Of a stretch of DNA of 37,517 nucleotides, positions 34,531 through 37,517 are shown in pieces. The translations under genes and the position numbers were made by a program. Numbering within the stretch: position 1 is the stretch's first letter; each line of letters begins with the position of its first letter. Below the pieces are notes generated by a model. That model was not told where the DNA came from. It saw only the letters and a list, made by a program, of their open reading frames with translations, and searched no databases. Source of the stretch: Ktedonobacteria bacterium (GTDB lineage Bacteria > Chloroflexota > Ktedonobacteria > Ktedonobacterales > JADMIN01); contig DAHUXT010000002.1 in NCBI GenBank assembly GCA_027307065.1, positions 1 through 37,517 of the forward strand. Direction: 5' to 3'.

Positions 34531-36612
34531 TTAGCCCCAGATGTCCGTTGCCGAGTCAATGGCCCTGCGTTGCGACAACAACAACTTCTTGCGGGCCATC
34601 AGCGTACGCAGGCCCTCGTCGTCGTCGGTGCCAGCAACCTCGCGCACCAGGTAATCCAGTTCGGCCATTTCCGCTTTCAACCGCATGCGTTTCAGCCGGT
34701 ACGCCGCTTTGCTCGCGATCTTGCTGAGCGTTGGGCCAGACTCTGGCAATTCCGGCGCAGCTCTGGTGCCAGTACCCTCGGCGGTCGGCCGAAGCTCCTC
34801 TGGCAGGAGAGCGATCAGCCCTTCGCCTGGAAGCGCGGGCGTTATCTGGCCTTCGCCGATGCCTCTCGCGAACACGGCATAAATGGCGCGCATCTCAGCA
34901 CTGGTGAAATCGTGCTCGTCGAGAATCGCGTAGATTTCCATCCAGGTCGACGGGTCGGTCACCAAGAGTCCGATGCAATACTCCGCCTGCGCCAGTTCTG
35001 CCAGCATTTCGCCGGTCGCTCCCGCCGCGCCAGACGCTCTAAAGTTGAAGAACGGGCCAGTTGGCGTTCCATCTGTCTGAGAGTACTTTGTTCCCAATGG
35101 GTCGCCAGATTCATCCAATTCTGCTGATACACTGTCCGCCTGGCCTCGCAACGGCGTTCGTGCCTCGCGATCCAGCTTCCGGCGTGTCTGCGCAAGATCA
35201 CGCTGCACGTCGTGAACATCTAGATGCAGATGGGCAGCCAATCGGTCGGCGTATTCGCCAGCAAGCGTTCGGTTGCGCACCTCCGCGAGAATTGGCAGCA
35301 GCCGGCGTGATGCCTCCAGCTTGCCTTGCGGTGTATCCAGCGCAAGGCCCGCGGTCTGCGCGGTAATGAGATACTCGATCAGCGGCACGGACTGCTCGAT
35401 GGCGCGCTGCCAGCCTGCCGGGTCACGCCGCGCGAACTCGTCCGGATCCTCGTGCGGGGGAAGCTTCGCCACTGTGATTTCAGCGTCTACCTGTTCTTCG
35501 AAGCGCACGATGCCGCGTGGTGTGCCGCGTCTGCCGCGCGTCGCCCAGCCATCCTGCTGGGTCCGTGTGCCTTCGGGAGCGGGGCCAGGCACAGGCACCG
35601 CAACGCGGTCAAACGCCTGCTGCGCCACCGTGATGCCCCGCAACGTCGCCGATTCACCCGCGGCATCCGGGTCGAGGGCGAGCGTTACCCGGCGCGTCAG
35701 CTTCTTGATCTGGCGAATGTGCTTTTCGGTGATGGCGCTGCCAATGCACGCGACGACGTTGCGCGTGCCGCACTGGTGCGTCACCACGGCATCCATATAC
35801 CCCTCGACGATCACCACACGGTCGCCGCGACGAATTGCCTCGCGGGCGAGGTCTAGGCCATACAGTGTGGCGCTTTTATCGAAGAGCAGCGTCTGGGGCG
35901 TGTTGAGATATTTGGGATTACCGCCATCTAATGTGCGGCCACCAAATGCGATAGTCTGGCCACGGGCGTCGCGAATGGGGAAGATCAGGCGATTGCGAAA
36001 GTAGGCGTACATGCCGCCGCGATCAGACTCGCGCTCGCGCGCCAACCCGGCCTCCACCACCTCTTTGCCGCTATAGCCGACGCCGAGCAAATACTGCACC
36101 AGCGCGTCGCCATCGGGCGCATATCCCAGCCGCCAATGCGCGATGGAGTCGCTGCTGACGCCACGCGAGTCGAGATACGAGCGGCAATATTGCGCGGCGG
36201 TCGATTGGAGCAACTGATGATGGAACCAGATCGCGGCGGCCTCATTGAGTGCGCGCAGCCGTTTGCGGTTCGCCGTCTCGGCGGATTCTTCGGGCGTTTC
36301 GGGGCGGCCGGTGTTTTCGAGCGGGATGCCCGCGCGCTCGGCAAGCAGTTCGAGGGCCTCACGGAAGTCGAGCGATTGCTGTTTCTGGACAAAGGTGATG
36401 ATGTCGCCGCGCTCGCCGCAACCGAAGCAGTGCCAGTCTTGCTTATCCGGAAAAACGTAGAATGAGGGCGTGCGCTCACCGTGAAATGGGCAGAGTCCCT
36501 TATAGGCTTTGCCCGATTTCTTGAGCGAAACAACCGCTCCGATTTCTTCGACGATATCGAGCTTCTGCTTGATGCGCTCGATAGCACTGGTTGCTTCCGT
36601 TGCCATGACCAC
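34531..36612 (-). CDS. dnaG: DNA primase
   Basis: CHC2 zinc finger CPFHGERTPSFYVFPDKQDWHCFGCGERGD, a TOPRIM block (VVIVEGYMDAV, LALDPDAAG), and a C-terminal helicase-interaction region. Confidence 0.9.
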   Translation of the reverse strand: MVMATEATSAIERIKQKLDIVEEIGAVVSLKKSGKAYKGLCPFHGERTPSFYVFPDKQDWHCFGCGERGDIITFVQKQQSLDFREALELLAERAGIPLENTGRPETPEESAETANRKRLRALNEAAAIWFHHQLLQSTAAQYCRSYLDSRGVSSDSIAHWRLGYAPDGDALVQYLLGVGYSGKEVVEAGLARERESDRGGMYAYFRNRLIFPIRDARGQTIAFGGRTLDGGNPKYLNTPQTLLFDKSATLYGLDLAREAIRRGDRVVIVEGYMDAVVTHQCGTRNVVACIGSAITEKHIRQIKKLTRRVTLALDPDAAGESATLRGITVAQQAFDRVAVPVPGPAPEGTRTQQDGWATRGRRGTPRGIVRFEEQVDAEITVAKLPPHEDPDEFARRDPAGWQRAIEQSVPLIEYLITAQTAGLALDTPQGKLEASRRLLPILAEVRNRTLAGEYADRLAAHLHLDVHDVQRDLAQTRRKLDREARTPLRGQADSVSAELDESGDPLGTKYSQTDGTPTGPFFNFRASGAAGATGEMLAELAQAEYCIGLLVTDPSTWMEIYAILDEHDFTSAEMRAIYAVFARGIGEGQITPALPGEGLIALLPEELRPTAEGTGTRAAPELPESGPTLSKIASKAAYRLKRMRLKAEMAELDYLVREVAGTDDDEGLRTLMARKKLLLSQRRAIDSATDIWG

Positions 36613-36674
36613 CTATGGGAATCTACCCCAGGTTGCGCTGATGGCGTCAGTTCGTGACGCGAGAACACTCAGAA

Positions 36675-37367
36675 TCAGAAGTCGCCAGGACCAACCGTGT
36701 TGCTAGCATCATGCGCGTTGCCACTGAGCCGGCGCGCGACCGCGACGAGAGCGCCGATGGCCGCCAGACCGACCAGCATTCCCCCACCGATCCAAATAGC
36801 TCGCCGCAATCCGACCTGCAACGCTGGCGGCAGTTGGCCGTTGGAGCGCGGCAGAACGACTACGCGCCCACGAGGCGTTGTCAGGTGGCGCACCTCTGCC
36901 GCTGAGGTTGCCGCGCCGCGCATCGCCTTGATGGCGCGGTCACGAACTGCCCCCGCGAATTGTTCCGCCGCCTCGTTCCATGCGATGCGACGCTCGCCCA
37001 TCTGTCCGGCAAGCACGGGCGACTTGACCTCCCAGTCGGAGGCGACGACCGTATGACCCTCTTGCTGCACGAGATCGATTAATCCATGCCCCCTAAAGGG
37101 GCCGTCTGGACCGCGCCCATCCAGGTCAGCGCGCAGGTGAGCAGGCGCCTGTGTGGTGTTGAGCACCATCGTCACACTGTACACGTCCGCGCCTGGGCCT
37201 CGGCGAAGCCGGAGTTCATAGATTGCGGGTCGGCCCTCGGCGGCGGGGCCAAGTTGCGCCAGACGCTCGCAGCCCGGAATCACCTGGCTGAGGATGTCTG
37301 GATGTGTCAACGCCGAATAGACCTGCTCGATGGGCGCGGGGAAGGTATACGTACCTTCAATGCGCAT
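36675..37367 (-). CDS. CoxG-like SRPBCC protein with a C-terminal TM anchor
   Basis: Start ATG 37367 preceded by GAGGAG. MRIEGTYTFPAPIEQVYSALTHPDILSQVIPGCE is the typical CoxG/SRPBCC N-terminus. Hydrophobic C-terminal helix WIGGGMLVGLAAIGALVAV. Confidence 0.7.
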   Translation of the reverse strand: MRIEGTYTFPAPIEQVYSALTHPDILSQVIPGCERLAQLGPAAEGRPAIYELRLRRGPGADVYSVTMVLNTTQAPAHLRADLDGRGPDGPFRGHGLIDLVQQEGHTVVASDWEVKSPVLAGQMGERRIAWNEAAEQFAGAVRDRAIKAMRGAATSAAEVRHLTTPRGRVVVLPRSNGQLPPALQVGLRRAIWIGGGMLVGLAAIGALVAVARRLSGNAHDASNTVGPGDF

Positions 37368-37517
37368 ACCAGGCTCCTCATCACGTAGGGAGTCTACCGT
37401 TGTAGTAGTGCTCCAGTATACTCCACCTGCTCCGCTGATTGCCAGAGCGGCGCTCGTTCGATGTGTGTGAAAGACCCTGCCGGATGCGAAAGAGTCCTCC
37501 AAAATTCAGAACGGATG

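Overview
GC-rich chromosomal segment from a monoderm-type bacterium. Clues are a lipobox on PstS, a GAAC-N4-GTTC SOS box, an AfsR/SARP-type regulator and an actinobacterial-type GlpX N-terminus. My guess is Chloroflexota (Ktedonobacteria-like) or Actinomycetota, which cannot be proven without a database search. I call about 32 protein genes, mostly core functions: VOC protein, NIF3-like protein, nitroreductase, glpX, gmk, rqcH-like NFACT protein, an alpha/beta hydrolase, an alkyltransferase-like (ATL) protein, an adenosine-specific-kinase-family protein, an aldehyde dehydrogenase with a PucR-type regulator, and a GNAT. There is also a complete Pho locus (PhoR-like kinase divergent from pstS-pstC-pstA-pstB-pstB-phoU-response regulator, with TTAACA-type Pho-box repeats), the dnaG-rpoD pair and a CoxG-like protein. 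I saw no rRNA/tRNA genes, CRISPR arrays, transposases, integrases or phage genes, so there is no classical mobile or defence island. Three loci stand out. (1) A UmuD-fold gene sits behind a textbook promoter plus perfect SOS box, but its Ser/Lys catalytic dyad is replaced by Ala/Arg and it has no polymerase partner. (2) A minus-strand operon encodes a membrane-tethered FNR-[2Fe-2S] reductase, an ApbE flavin transferase with no export signal, and a bis-haem ferric-reductase-domain membrane protein. It has no recognisable FMN-acceptor gene and shows reading-frame oddities at both gene junctions. (3) A predicted pseudokinase-TPR protein is divergent from an HTH protein with a large unassignable domain. 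All functional calls come from by-eye motif recognition, and start codons are often uncertain. Many long antisense ORFs in the track are GC-driven shadows.
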